This document shows positions 26,816-36,739 of a DNA stretch of 64,000 nucleotides, in pieces; within the stretch, counting starts at the first letter, position 1, and every line of letters begins with the position of its first letter. The DNA is taken from contig JBDRQD010000039.1 in assembly GCA_043826455.1 (NCBI GenBank), positions 14,242-78,241 on the forward strand, written 5' to 3'. Below the pieces are notes generated by a model, which had not been told where the DNA came from, searched no databases, and was given only the letters and a program-made list of their open reading frames with translations. Both the position numbers and the translations under genes were made by a program. The stretch comes from Candidatus Bathyarchaeota archaeon (lineage in GTDB: Archaea; Thermoproteota; Bathyarchaeia; TCS64).

Positions 26816-29236
26816 CTAGACGGTCACGGTGAACCCGACCTCAGTGCAGCCCTCCACCTTGAGGCCGCCGCCCTGGCCCTCCACGAGGACCAGCTCCTCG
26901 ATCTTCAACGTGTCCAGGATGTCCTGCCGGCCCAGCTTTATGTGGCCCATCTGCTCAGCGGCTGCATATACCTCCACCCGCCTGAGGGGCGCGTTGAGGC
27001 TTATGCCGGCCCTGTTCTTCTCACGCCTCATCTCGCTGATGACGGCTATCACCGTGTCGCCGGTCCTCTCGGCCTCCTCGTCCACCTGGGACTCGTCGTA
27101 CTCGGGCCAAGGCGACACGTTGATGCTAGTGTCGGGGTCGTACATGGTGCGCCATATCTCCTCGGTGAGGTGGGGTGTGATGGGGGCCATGAGCTTCAGC
27201 ATAGGCGCCACAGTGTGGTAAAGGGTGTGCTGGGCGGCTATCTTGCCGTCGCCGTCTCCGTAGAGCCGGGTCTTGGCGGCCTCCAGATAGTCATCGCAGA
27301 AGGTGTGCCATATGAAGTTCCTGACCGCCTCCGTGGCGTTCATGAAGTCGCACGCCTCCATAGTCTCCGTCGCCCGCTTGATGGTTCTCTGGAGCTTGCT
27401 GGTGATCCACCTGTCCAGCAGCCGGGGCTCAGCCTCCATAGCCGGTTCGTAGTCCTCCAGGCGCATGCTGGCGAACCTGCAAGCGTTCCACAGCTTCCTC
27501 ATGAAGCGCCACCCGTACTCCACGTCCTCCCACCTGAACGGGATGTCGGTGCCCGTGCTGCCTCCGGCCGCCGCCCACTGCCTGGGGGCGTCGCACCCGT
27601 GCTTGCTGAATACCTCGGGTGAGCTAACGAAGTTGCCCAGGCTCTTGCTCATCTTGCGGCCGTCGGCGCCCAGCACCATGCCGTTGATGAGCACCGAGTC
27701 GTAGGGGGTCTCGTCGAAGAGGGCCAGGTGCCTCACCATGAGGTAGTAGGCCCATGTTCGTATGATGTCTTGGCCGCTGGGGTGGACCGAGGCGGGGAAC
27801 TGGCGCCTCCAGTTGGGTTTGTCCGGCCACCCGGCGTGTATGGCGCAGGTGAGGCTGCTGTCGAACCAGGTGTCCATGACGTCGGTGTCGGGCACGTACT
27901 CGGTGGAGCCGCAGCTGCAGACGTCGTTGATCTTGGTGACCTTTGGGTCTACAGGGAGCTCCTCTGGCTTAGCTAGCCTGATCTTGCCGCATTTCTTGCA
28001 GTACCATGCGGGGACGGGCGTGGCGAAGACGCGCTGCCTGCTGAGCACCCAGTCCCAGTCCAGGCCCGTGGCCCAGTCTATGAGCCGCTGCCTCATCCAG
28101 TCAGGGTACCAGGTGATGCGCTTAGCCGTCTCCACCACCTTGTCGGTTAGGCTGATGGTGCGCATGAACCACTGTTTGGCGTTCACCACCTCTATGGGGG
28201 TGTCGCACCGCCAGCATAGTCCCACCTCCTGGTCTATGTCCTTCTCCTCCTTGATGAGGCCGGCCTCGCGCATGTCCTTGACTATTGCCTTCTGGCCGTC
28301 TTGGATGCGCATCCCAGCGTACTTGCCGGCCACAGGCAGGAGGACGCCCTTGCCGTCTATGAGGTTCACCACGAGCAGGTTGAACCGGGCCACGGCCACC
28401 ACGTCGGCCTTGTCGCCGTAGGTGCAGATCATCATGGCTCCGGTGCCGAACTCTGGGTCCACATCGTCGTTGGCTATGATGGGCACCTCCTGGCCGGAGA
28501 CAGGCACCTTGGCCTTCTTGCCGATGAGCCCTTTGTAGCGTTTGTCGCCTGGGTGGACGCCTAGGGCTACGCAGGCGGGCAGGTAGACGGGGCGGGTGGT
28601 GGCTATGAGCACCTCGCCGCCGGACACCTTGAAGGGTATGGTGTATATCTTGCCCTGCTTGTGGTCGTGCTCCACCTCGGCGTCGGCGATGGCGGTCTCG
28701 CAGCGGGGGCACCAGTTGATGGGGTGCTCACCCTTGTAGATCATGTCTTTCCCGTAGAGCAGGAGGAAGCTGAGCTGCACCTTGCGGAGGTACTCGGGCT
28801 CCATGGTGCGGTACTCGGTGGTCCAGTCGATGCTGCAGCCCAGGCGCTGGACGGCGGTCTTCATCTTGGCTATGTACTGCTCTATCCACTCCTCGCACAT
28901 GCGGCGGAACACGTCCGGCGGCACGTCGCTCTTCCTGATCTTCTTGGCCTTCTCCACCGCGACCTCAGTGGGCAGCCCGTGGCAGTCCCATCCCTGGGGG
29001 AAGAGCACGTTGTAGCCCCTCATGCGCTTGTACCTGGCCCGTATGTCGAAGTAGGTCCAGTTCAGGACGTTGCCCATGTGGAAGTCGCCGCTGGGGTAGG
29101 GGGGCGGCGTGTCCACGCTGTAGACGAGGCGCGTGGTGTCGTCCCAGTCGTACCTGTGGATGGCCTCCTCTTCCCACCGCTTCTGCCACTTCTCCTCGAC
29201 CTGGAGGAAGTCTATCTTCTTGGGTAGTACTTTCAA
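26816..29236 (-). CDS. valS: Valyl-tRNA synthetase
   Basis: DTPPPYPSG..HMGN, GWDCHGLPTE, W.LSRQR and KMSKS. Confidence 0.97.
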   Translation of the reverse strand: MKVLPKKIDFLQVEEKWQKRWEEEAIHRYDWDDTTRLVYSVDTPPPYPSGDFHMGNVLNWTYFDIRARYKRMRGYNVLFPQGWDCHGLPTEVAVEKAKKIRKSDVPPDVFRRMCEEWIEQYIAKMKTAVQRLGCSIDWTTEYRTMEPEYLRKVQLSFLLLYGKDMIYKGEHPINWCPRCETAIADAEVEHDHKQGKIYTIPFKVSGGEVLIATTRPVYLPACVALGVHPGDKRYKGLIGKKAKVPVSGQEVPIIANDDVDPEFGTGAMMICTYGDKADVVAVARFNLLVVNLIDGKGVLLPVAGKYAGMRIQDGQKAIVKDMREAGLIKEEKDIDQEVGLCWRCDTPIEVVNAKQWFMRTISLTDKVVETAKRITWYPDWMRQRLIDWATGLDWDWVLSRQRVFATPVPAWYCKKCGKIRLAKPEELPVDPKVTKINDVCSCGSTEYVPDTDVMDTWFDSSLTCAIHAGWPDKPNWRRQFPASVHPSGQDIIRTWAYYLMVRHLALFDETPYDSVLINGMVLGADGRKMSKSLGNFVSSPEVFSKHGCDAPRQWAAAGGSTGTDIPFRWEDVEYGWRFMRKLWNACRFASMRLEDYEPAMEAEPRLLDRWITSKLQRTIKRATETMEACDFMNATEAVRNFIWHTFCDDYLEAAKTRLYGDGDGKIAAQHTLYHTVAPMLKLMAPITPHLTEEIWRTMYDPDTSINVSPWPEYDESQVDEEAERTGDTVIAVISEMRREKNRAGISLNAPLRRVEVYAAAEQMGHIKLGRQDILDTLKIEELVLVEGQGGGLKVEGCTEVGFTVTV

Positions 29237-29616
29237 TGTTGTGTTTCTCCTTTGTGTCGGCGCCTGCGGGAACCCGTTTTGATGCTGGAATGCTTGCCAG
29301 GGTTTCTTAAAAGGTTGTCCGCGGCGTGTCCGCTGGGCTTGTCCGGGTTTTTCCTAGATCCCCGCGGGGGGATCGACAAAACAATTCCCCATGTTCCTCA
29401 ACTCAGACACCTTATTGGGTGAGGAGCCATAATATATGTTTTCAGGTTCAGAGGCAGGTTAACTGGGCCGCCGTGGGTGGCTGAGAAGGGTTTCGTACGT
29501 AATTATGTGCGTTATTTTGTTTTCGCTCTTTCCTCAGCTATTTCGTTGGAGATCACTCACGAGGGTTTTGATTATTTTGGTGCCGTGGTAGTCTGTCTCT
29601 CGGTGCTTGAGCCCTG

Positions 29617-30102
29617 ATTTTAGGAGGTTTTCTCCGCCTAAAATCGATACTCCCCTACCTTTTTTGCATATATGCTTCGGGTCATGGCTTCGCGGGATTG
29701 GTTTACTCGTTTTATGACTGAAAAAACCGCCATAAAATGATACCCCCCTACGTTTTTTCACATCAGGCTCTCCATCACGCCTTGCTTTATGTGTTGAATG
29801 GGCCGCGTTTTTGTATGGAATGGATAGCGTTTTTGCGTAGATTGGGATCGAAAAGGCGGGTTTCCTGGCCTCCTTTTGGCGTGGGGCGGCCGTTTCCGGT
29901 TTTTCTTGCTCTACCCCCCTCCCCCCTCTCTGGGGCTGTGGTGCTGGCGTGGTGAGTGTAACGTTTTCCGGGAGTGGCTTATCCCATGCCGGACGGGATA
30001 AGGCGGAAAAAAAATCCATCTTATATTACATGTTTTTGCTTCGGTGAGGCTCCTCCTCATCCTCGGCTCAGGAGCTCAGGAAAACACTGTTTATCGAAAC
30101 CT
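29617..30102 (-). repeat. Dispersed non-coding repeat, copy 2 (inverted; duplicated terminal box)
   Basis: Homologous to 20759-21105. GATAC(C)nTAC-T-run box at 29646 and 29739. Flanked by the 13-bp direct repeat CAGCTATTTCGTT (29535, 30124). Confidence 0.9.
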
Positions 30103-30153
30103 GGTGCTTTATTTTATCCTTCGCAGCTATTTCGTTCGTAATTACGATCGAAA

Positions 30154-31302
30154 TCACCGGGGTTCCGGGGGCTCCTCCAGCCTCCAGCTCAACGGGATGG
30201 TGGTGAGGGCCACCAGGGCCAGGAGCGTGTAGACTGTGCCCGCGGCCCACGCCTCCGAGATGAGTCCGGCTGCGACGGGGCTGATGGCTGAGCCGACTCC
30301 GAACACGGTCTCATAGACCCCCATGGCCAGGCCCCTGCTCTCTGCCGGGGCCCTGTGGGCTATGTAGTTAAGGATAACGGGCTCTATGAGGCCATTGCCC
30401 AAGCCGTACACGGCTAGAGCCAGGCCGATGATCACCAAGTCCGCAGTGGCGGCGAAGACCAGCAGAGGCGCCGCCAGTATGACGCTGATCAACGCCAGAG
30501 ACCTCCTTGTGCCCCACCGGACCAGGCGCTCCACGCCCAGGAACCCGGCGCCCTTGGCCGCGTTGCTCAGGGTCAGCAGCAGCCCTATGGTGGTGGCCGT
30601 GAAGCCGATCTTACCCAAGTGGCCGGGCACGATGTTGAAGTAGACTCCGCAGCAGAGGGCGTAGGGGAACAGGCACACGTAGCCCCAGGCCACGGGCCGC
30701 AGGGGCGACCTGTCTGTCTTCCTGGCGCTCAGACTGTTCCTAAGTCTCACTCTGCCCAGGGGGCTCAGGGCTGTGAGGGCTGCGCCCGCAGCCACCAGGA
30801 GGGTCATGGCGGTGAAGAGGGCCGTGAAGCCCAGGGTGTCGCCTACGAGTCCGCCTAGGAGGGGGCCAGCCACCATGCCGCTCATCCAGCTGAGGTTGTA
30901 GACGGCTATGCTGTGGGTGAGCGCCTCGGGCGGGGACAGGTCGGCCACTATGGCGCTGCTGGCCACCCAGAAGGTGCCCGTGGTCAGCCCTATCAGGAGC
31001 CGTAGGGCTATGAGGTCACCCACGTCGCGGGCCAGGACCAGGGTGAGCATGCTGGCCGCGATGGCCGCGTTGAAGGCGGTGTAGAGGCGGACCTTCTCGT
31101 ACCTGTCCAGGAGGACCCCTGTGATGAGGGTGGTGACCGTGTAGCCCACCGCGGTCGCGGCGCCCATGAGGCCCAGGGTGAGGTAGTCGGCGCCCATCCT
31201 CTCGGCGTAAACTGGGACCATGGTCATGGCCGTGCTGACGGCCAGGGATATGGTGAAGATGACGGCGTAGAGGGCGCGCTGAGCCGCCGCGTTGTCCTGC
31301 AT
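30154..31302 (-). CDS. MFS transporter
   Basis: About 12 TM; GVLLDRY, GPLLGG and RGLAMG. Confidence 0.9.
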   Translation of the reverse strand: MQDNAAAQRALYAVIFTISLAVSTAMTMVPVYAERMGADYLTLGLMGAATAVGYTVTTLITGVLLDRYEKVRLYTAFNAAIAASMLTLVLARDVGDLIALRLLIGLTTGTFWVASSAIVADLSPPEALTHSIAVYNLSWMSGMVAGPLLGGLVGDTLGFTALFTAMTLLVAAGAALTALSPLGRVRLRNSLSARKTDRSPLRPVAWGYVCLFPYALCCGVYFNIVPGHLGKIGFTATTIGLLLTLSNAAKGAGFLGVERLVRWGTRRSLALISVILAAPLLVFAATADLVIIGLALAVYGLGNGLIEPVILNYIAHRAPAESRGLAMGVYETVFGVGSAISPVAAGLISEAWAAGTVYTLLALVALTTIPLSWRLEEPPEPR

Positions 31303-31305
31303 GCC

Positions 31306-32139
31306 CTATGCTTCCACTGCCCTGGGCTTATCACTCTTCCGGGGACCCTGGAACACTATGCGCTCATCGAGGGTCGCTTTAAGCCCGTCCAAGGCCGCCA
31401 CCACGGGCACCCCTGTGGCCTCCTCCAGGTAGGCGGCCTCCTTCTCGGGGCCGGCGTTGAGCATCCGCATCCCGAAGTGGGTGATGACGGCGCAGCCCGG
31501 CCTGGCGTCCAGCAGAATCCTCTCGGCCTCGTCTGTTGAGAGGTGCTTCTCCAGGTGTTGGGCCCTGGGCCACATGACGCAGAGGACGAGGAGCCGCGCG
31601 CCGCTGTAGATTGTGCCCAGCTCAGGGAAGTAGCCTGTGTCGCCAGTGTAGCCGATGGCTCCTGTCCCAGGCGTCTCCATGAGCAGGCCGACGGATGCGG
31701 GGTCGCTGTGCCTGGCCTCGGTGGCCCTGAAGCTGAGGTCGTTGACGGTGAACCCTGTGCCGGGCTCCAGCTCCACGACCTCGCCCACCAGCCCCCTGTG
31801 GTAGGCTGATACGCTGGGCCCTATTCCGTCTGAGCCCCACAGGACGCTGCGGGTGGTTGCCAGTGTGCCTCGTTTCTTGGTGGTTCCGTGGGTCATGGCC
31901 TCTATGAATACCTCGGCGTCCCCGTAGTGGTCGGGGTGGCAGTGGGTGACTATAAGCCCGTCCAGGCTCTGGGGGCCCAGGCCGGCCCAGTTGCTGAAGA
32001 CGAGGGCGCCGGGGCCGGGGTCCACGTGGACCTGGGTGCCACCGTGGACGATCCTGATGCCTGCTGTTCTGCGCCTCTGGGTGGTCATGGCGAAGCGGCC
32101 TCCGCCGGTGCCTAGGAAGTGGATGTCCAGGCCGGTCAC
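31306..32139 (-). CDS. Metallo-beta-lactamase fold hydrolase
   Basis: FLGTGGGR, VDPGPG, THCHPDH, GDT and THFG. Confidence 0.9.
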   Translation of the reverse strand: MTGLDIHFLGTGGGRFAMTTQRRRTAGIRIVHGGTQVHVDPGPGALVFSNWAGLGPQSLDGLIVTHCHPDHYGDAEVFIEAMTHGTTKKRGTLATTRSVLWGSDGIGPSVSAYHRGLVGEVVELEPGTGFTVNDLSFRATEARHSDPASVGLLMETPGTGAIGYTGDTGYFPELGTIYSGARLLVLCVMWPRAQHLEKHLSTDEAERILLDARPGCAVITHFGMRMLNAGPEKEAAYLEEATGVPVVAALDGLKATLDERIVFQGPRKSDKPRAVEA

Positions 32140-33722
32140 CTTTTCCGTAGGACCTTGCCGGCTAGCTCGCCGGTGTGCTCTCCCCCGTAGATGGCCAGCC
32201 GCCCGTTGACCACCACGTAGGGGATGCCCTCGGGGTACCTGTGGGGGTCGCTGAAGGTGGCCGTGTCCCTGATCTCTTCAGGGTTGAAAATGGTCAGGTC
32301 CGCGGCCATGCCTTCTTTAATGACGCCGCGGTTCTGGAGCCCAAGGCGGCTTGCGGGCATGGACGTCATCCGCCTCACGGCCTCCTCAGGAGTGAACAGC
32401 GGCTTCTCAACCGTGTAGATGCGAAGGTACCGGGGGAAGGCGCCGTAGCAGCGGGGGTGGGGCCGGCCCTGGCTGAGAAGCCCGTAGGGGGCGTGACTCC
32501 AGCCGTCGCTGCAGGGCATGACCGCCGGGTGCTTTACCAGTTCGTCTACGTCCTCCTGTTCGCCCCAGAAGGTGACGTTCATGGCCTCGGCGTTCTCCTC
32601 CAGTAGGAGGTCGCAGAGGGCGTCCACGACGGTCGCTCCTCTCGCCTGGGCGATCTCGGCGACGCTCATGCCCTCATACCGTTTGTTCTGGGCCGACTTG
32701 ACGTAGGTGACCATGACCTTGGTGAAGTCGCGGCTCTTCCTGCCCTCCTCCGCGGCGTACTCCTTCCTCAGCCTCGCCCTGATTTCCGGGTCTCTCAGCC
32801 GGCCCAGCATCTTCTGCACTCCGCCCTCGTGGGCCCAGTCGGGTATGACCTGGGTGAGGAGGCTGGAGCCGGCGGTGTAGGGGTAGATGTCGGCCGTGAT
32901 GTCCAGCCCATTGAGTCGTGCCTCGTCGATGGCCTTGAGGGTTGTCTCCTGGTGTCTTCCGTGGAGCTCCTTGTGGCCCGCACAGCTGCTGCCCAGGTGG
33001 CTGACCTGGATGGGCATCCCGGTTTTGAACCCGAGCCTGATGGTGTCCTCTAGGTTCTCCAGGTTGCCTCGCATGTGGGTTGTGTACAGGCCCCCGTACT
33101 CGTTGAGGACGTGGCCCAGCTGGACAAGTTCCTCATCCTTGGTGAAAGTGCCGGGCGGGTAGCCGAGGCCCGTGGACAAGCCGTGGGCGCCCTGCTCCAT
33201 GCCCTCCCGTAGCAGCCCCTTCATCTCCTGGAGCTCAGCCTCCGTTGAGTCCCTGTCGTCGAAGCCTATGACGTTGATCCTGATGCTGCCGTGGCCGATT
33301 AGGGGAACCAGGTTGATGCCGGGGCCCTTGGCCTCGACGCGTTTGATGAAGTCGTCCATAGTTTTCCAGTCCCAGTTGAGGCTGAGGCCCGACGTGAAGG
33401 GCTTGAGGTAGGCTATTAGCTCGTCCTTGTGCCCGTGGAGGGGGTACATGCTGAGGCCGCAGTTACCCATGGTGGCGGTGGTGACTCCCTGGTGGACGTA
33501 GCTCTCCAGGCGGGTGTTGCCGAGGACTGTGTGGTCGGCGTGCATGTGGACGTCGATCCAGCCCGGGGTGACCACGAGGCCGGAGGCGTCGATGACTTTG
33601 TCGGCGTCCAGGTTCCTGGCCACCTTAGCGATTAATCCGTCCTCTATACCTATGTCCGCCCAGAACCAGGGGCTACCCGTGCCGTCGATTACCTTTCCGT
33701 TCCTTACGACCAGTTCAAACAA
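32136..33722 (-). CDS. N-acyl-D-amino-acid deacylase (D-aminoacylase)
   Basis: PGWIDVHMHAD, GNCG, STGL.YPP, HMR, SD and HPR.YG.FPR. Confidence 0.9.
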   Translation of the reverse strand: MFELVVRNGKVIDGTGSPWFWADIGIEDGLIAKVARNLDADKVIDASGLVVTPGWIDVHMHADHTVLGNTRLESYVHQGVTTATMGNCGLSMYPLHGHKDELIAYLKPFTSGLSLNWDWKTMDDFIKRVEAKGPGINLVPLIGHGSIRINVIGFDDRDSTEAELQEMKGLLREGMEQGAHGLSTGLGYPPGTFTKDEELVQLGHVLNEYGGLYTTHMRGNLENLEDTIRLGFKTGMPIQVSHLGSSCAGHKELHGRHQETTLKAIDEARLNGLDITADIYPYTAGSSLLTQVIPDWAHEGGVQKMLGRLRDPEIRARLRKEYAAEEGRKSRDFTKVMVTYVKSAQNKRYEGMSVAEIAQARGATVVDALCDLLLEENAEAMNVTFWGEQEDVDELVKHPAVMPCSDGWSHAPYGLLSQGRPHPRCYGAFPRYLRIYTVEKPLFTPEEAVRRMTSMPASRLGLQNRGVIKEGMAADLTIFNPEEIRDTATFSDPHRYPEGIPYVVVNGRLAIYGGEHTGELAGKVLRKR

Positions 33723-33802
33723 TGCTCAGACCTAACCAGATAAGGAAGCTGTAGAATATATGACGTTTCAGAGGTGCTTGTTTTCCGAATGAGAAAGTAT
33801 GG

Positions 33803-33949
33803 TTAACTTTTTTTCATAAGGGCTTTCTTGAGAGAGTGAGGATCAGTAAAATCAACGTCATCTGAAATATCTATGGAATCAAAGAGGCTTGAAGGCGATA
33901 GAGGCTCAATGATGGATATCTTTTCCTTAGAAGACGCCTTTTTTATCAT
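33803..33949 (-). CDS. AT-rich 48-aa ORF, possible antitoxin remnant
   Basis: Manual translation MIKKASSKEKISIIEPLSPSSLFDSIDISDDVDFTDPHSLKKALMKKS*. Confidence 0.3.
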   Translation of the reverse strand: MIKKASSKEKISIIEPLSPSSLFDSIDISDDVDFTDPHSLKKALMKKS

Positions 33950-34057
33950 GTTCTCTTAATTTATAGTCATCGTTCAACTAAACAGATATGTTTCCTGGGA
34001 TATTGAGAAGCTGAATTAAACCTTTATATTTTTTAATAAATACTGCGTGTAGCGGTT

Positions 34058-35236
34058 CTATACTTTAGACTTGCTTTTTAGAAGGGATATAATCGGTATA
34101 CCCAGAGCTATCGATAGAGCTGCGAACAGGAAGGGTGAGGTCTGTGAAACACTGCCATACAGGTAGCCCCCTATCAGGGGGCCCACGGTGAACCCGAGTC
34201 TTAGCCCTGTGGCGTTTATCCCGAAGCCGGCCCCCTGAAGCTCCTTAGGCACCATGGTGGACAGTGTCGTCAGGTTGCTGGGCCAGGTGACGCTCCACAT
34301 GGCCGTCCCTAAAGCGTACAGGACCAGGAGCAGAACCCAGTTGTCGGTGAAGCTCCACAGCGCGAAGAAGACAGGCATCACCGCTGTGCACACCAGCAGA
34401 ATCCTCTTGGGGTCGTACCGGTCGGCAAGTCTACCGGCCGGCACCTGCGTCAGTAGGGTGACCAGGTTGGACGCCGTGAAGAACAGGCCGATGCTGAGAG
34501 GCGTCAGCCCGTAGACCTCGGCCAGGTACAGGGGCACCACCAGGTTCACGGCCCCTAAGGCCGTGGTCATGAGGAACGGGGCCACACACATGACGAACAG
34601 CACCCTCAGGGTGTCTCGCTCCAGCAGCCTCCTCAGGTCGGGCGCCTTCCTGGCTGCGCCGGGCTCACGCTCCTTCTCCTTGATCATCAGCGCGGGCACC
34701 AGGCTCACTGCGCTCACAGCCGCCGAGACTAGGAACACGTTTCTCCAGCCCGAGGTTTCCACTATGAGGCCACTCACCACAGGGCTTATGATCCCCGTTA
34801 TGGGCCAGGCCATGTTCATCAAACCGAAGAGGAGTGCCCGGTTCTGCACCGTGGCGTTCTCGGAGACCATGGCCATCCTGGCCGGCACAAACAAGGCGCC
34901 CACGAGGCTGTACGCCACGTAGAAGGGCAGCACCGTGCTCCAGCTCTCTGATGAGGAGATCAGGTAGACGGCCGTGGCCCCCACCGCCGCGTTCAGCGCC
35001 AGGAACAGCCGCTTGCCGAACCTATCCACCACCACCCCTGAGGGGAACATGAGCAGGGTGGCCGCCAGGTTGCCGGCGGAGATTACGTAGCTGATCTCAG
35101 CCTTCCCGGCCCCCACGGTCCCCAGGAACAGGGGGAACAGGGGGTTGATCATCTGCATGGACAGCCCAAACGCGATGTTCACCAGGAAGAGGAGAGCCAG
35201 GTTCCTGCTGATGCTCCTAAGCATAACAGGCACCAT
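34058..35236 (-). CDS. MFS transporter
   Basis: GVVVDRFGKR and GRLADRY; about 12 TM. Confidence 0.92.
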   Translation of the reverse strand: MVPVMLRSISRNLALLFLVNIAFGLSMQMINPLFPLFLGTVGAGKAEISYVISAGNLAATLLMFPSGVVVDRFGKRLFLALNAAVGATAVYLISSSESWSTVLPFYVAYSLVGALFVPARMAMVSENATVQNRALLFGLMNMAWPITGIISPVVSGLIVETSGWRNVFLVSAAVSAVSLVPALMIKEKEREPGAARKAPDLRRLLERDTLRVLFVMCVAPFLMTTALGAVNLVVPLYLAEVYGLTPLSIGLFFTASNLVTLLTQVPAGRLADRYDPKRILLVCTAVMPVFFALWSFTDNWVLLLVLYALGTAMWSVTWPSNLTTLSTMVPKELQGAGFGINATGLRLGFTVGPLIGGYLYGSVSQTSPFLFAALSIALGIPIISLLKSKSKV

Positions 35237-35330
35237 GAAATGAGCCCTCCGTGATAAATCTACCCCCGCCAGATGTGCAAAACCATATGTGGGTAACCCG
35301 ACATTGAATATTCAGAGCAGGCTGACCACC

Positions 35331-36071
35331 ATGTCCGAGGAGACCCTCTACGAGAGATTGACCCCAGCCGCCCTCGAGGCCAGGATAAAGTCCGCGCCAA
35401 TAGCCTACCTGCCCCTGGGCACCCTGGAGTGGCACGGCCCCCACCTGCCCCTGGGCAGCGACCACCTCCAGAGCCAAGGCTTCTTCACCCAGCTGGCCAG
35501 GCGCGCCGGAGGCGTGGTCCTGCCGCCATTGTTCCTGGGCCCGGACTCGGTGAAGATGGTGGACGGCGCCGAGTACTACGGCATGGACATCCACCAGAAT
35601 GCCTACCCTTACCCCGTCCGCCTCAAGGGCAGCGCCTACTGGGTCCCCGATAAGCTGTTCACGGAGATCGTGGACGCCGTCCTCAAGCAGCTCCGAAGAG
35701 CAGGCTTCAGGATCGTGGTGGCCCACGGACACGGCCCAAGCACAAACCTGGTCATCAAGAACCGTGAAAGCCTAGAAAAGAGGCACGGCCTCAGGGTACT
35801 TACGCTGTGGGATGGTGAGGGCAGGGACCGGGACACCGGGTTCCAAGTCGACCACGCGGCCGCCAACGAGACCAGCATCATGATGGCCCTCCACCCAGCC
35901 CTGGTGCACATGGAGCACCTACCGAGGGACCCAGCCGAGCAGCCCCTCGCCACCATAGGCAAGGACCCCAGGACCCACGCCTCGTACGCCCACGGCCAGA
36001 GGATCGTCGCCACAAACCTTGACTGCATGGAGTCCCTGCTGAGGAAAGAGTTGACGCAGATCACTAGATGA
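35331..36071 (+). CDS. Creatininase family protein
   Basis: PLGTLEWHGPHLPLGSD, GHG and DHAAANETS. Confidence 0.9.
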   Translation: MSEETLYERLTPAALEARIKSAPIAYLPLGTLEWHGPHLPLGSDHLQSQGFFTQLARRAGGVVLPPLFLGPDSVKMVDGAEYYGMDIHQNAYPYPVRLKGSAYWVPDKLFTEIVDAVLKQLRRAGFRIVVAHGHGPSTNLVIKNRESLEKRHGLRVLTLWDGEGRDRDTGFQVDHAAANETSIMMALHPALVHMEHLPRDPAEQPLATIGKDPRTHASYAHGQRIVATNLDCMESLLRKELTQITR

Positions 36072-36122
36072 AGTGAGGATAAAATTATTGATTGGGTGAG
36101 AGTATACGTGATGTGATAAAGT

Positions 36123-36686
36123 ATGGTCGCTCAGCCTAATCTTGAGACTGAAAGACTGATCCTGAGACCATTCAAGCCAAGCGACGCAGAACAAGTACAG
36201 AGACTAGCCGGATCAGAAGAGGTAGCCGAGACCACGAACCTACCCCACCCCTACACCGTGGAGATGGCAGAGGAATGGATCAAGACCCACGAACCGGCGT
36301 ACAGGATGGGCTGAGGAGCCGCCTATGCCATCACGCTGAAGAACACCGGCGAACTCATCGGAGCGATCAGCCTCATGGACATCACCCAGCCCAGCAACCA
36401 CGCCCGCATCGGGTTCTGGGTGGGCGTACCCTACTGGAACAAGGGGTACTGCACGGAGGCCGGGAAAGCCGTCCTGGAGTACGGCTTCCAAGTGAGACAC
36501 CTCAACCGCATCCACACAGGCTACATGATCAGCAACCACGCCTCAGGCCGCGTACTGGAGAAGCTCGGCATGGTGTACGAGGGAACCCAGAGACAGCACA
36601 TCACCCGACTAGGAAAACACGAAGACCTGATCCTCGTGGGACTACTGAGATCAGAGTGGATCAAAAACCAGGACAAGGCACCGTGA
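36123..36686 (+). pseudogene. RimJ/RimL-family GNAT acetyltransferase with in-frame TGA at 36312-36314
   Basis: ORFs 36123-36314 and 36375-36686 share a frame and the linker is open. LETERLILRP lies before the stop; YWNKGY.TEA and N.AS.RVLEKLG lie after it. Confidence 0.8.
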
Positions 36687-36739
36687 CGCGGGCCCCCCAC
36701 ATTCTGCCGAGAACCGGCAACACCCACTGACCCATCAAA

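Noticed and set aside
29237..29450. Structured leader upstream of valS (GATCCCC/GGGGATC hairpin, three TGTCCG)
   Set aside because: No T-box or other recognisable motif; a TATA-like TTTTAA lies between the hairpin and the gene.
29534..30019. 161-aa ORF across repeat copy 2
   Set aside because: The homologous frame in copy 1 stops after 17 codons and has indels; composition is not protein-like.
36312..36720. Selenocysteine recoding of the GNAT TGA, with hairpin TGCCG-AGAAC-CGGCA downstream
   Set aside because: The position is a variable loop, not a known catalytic Cys; the hairpin is too small for an archaeal SECIS; no Sec genes in the window.
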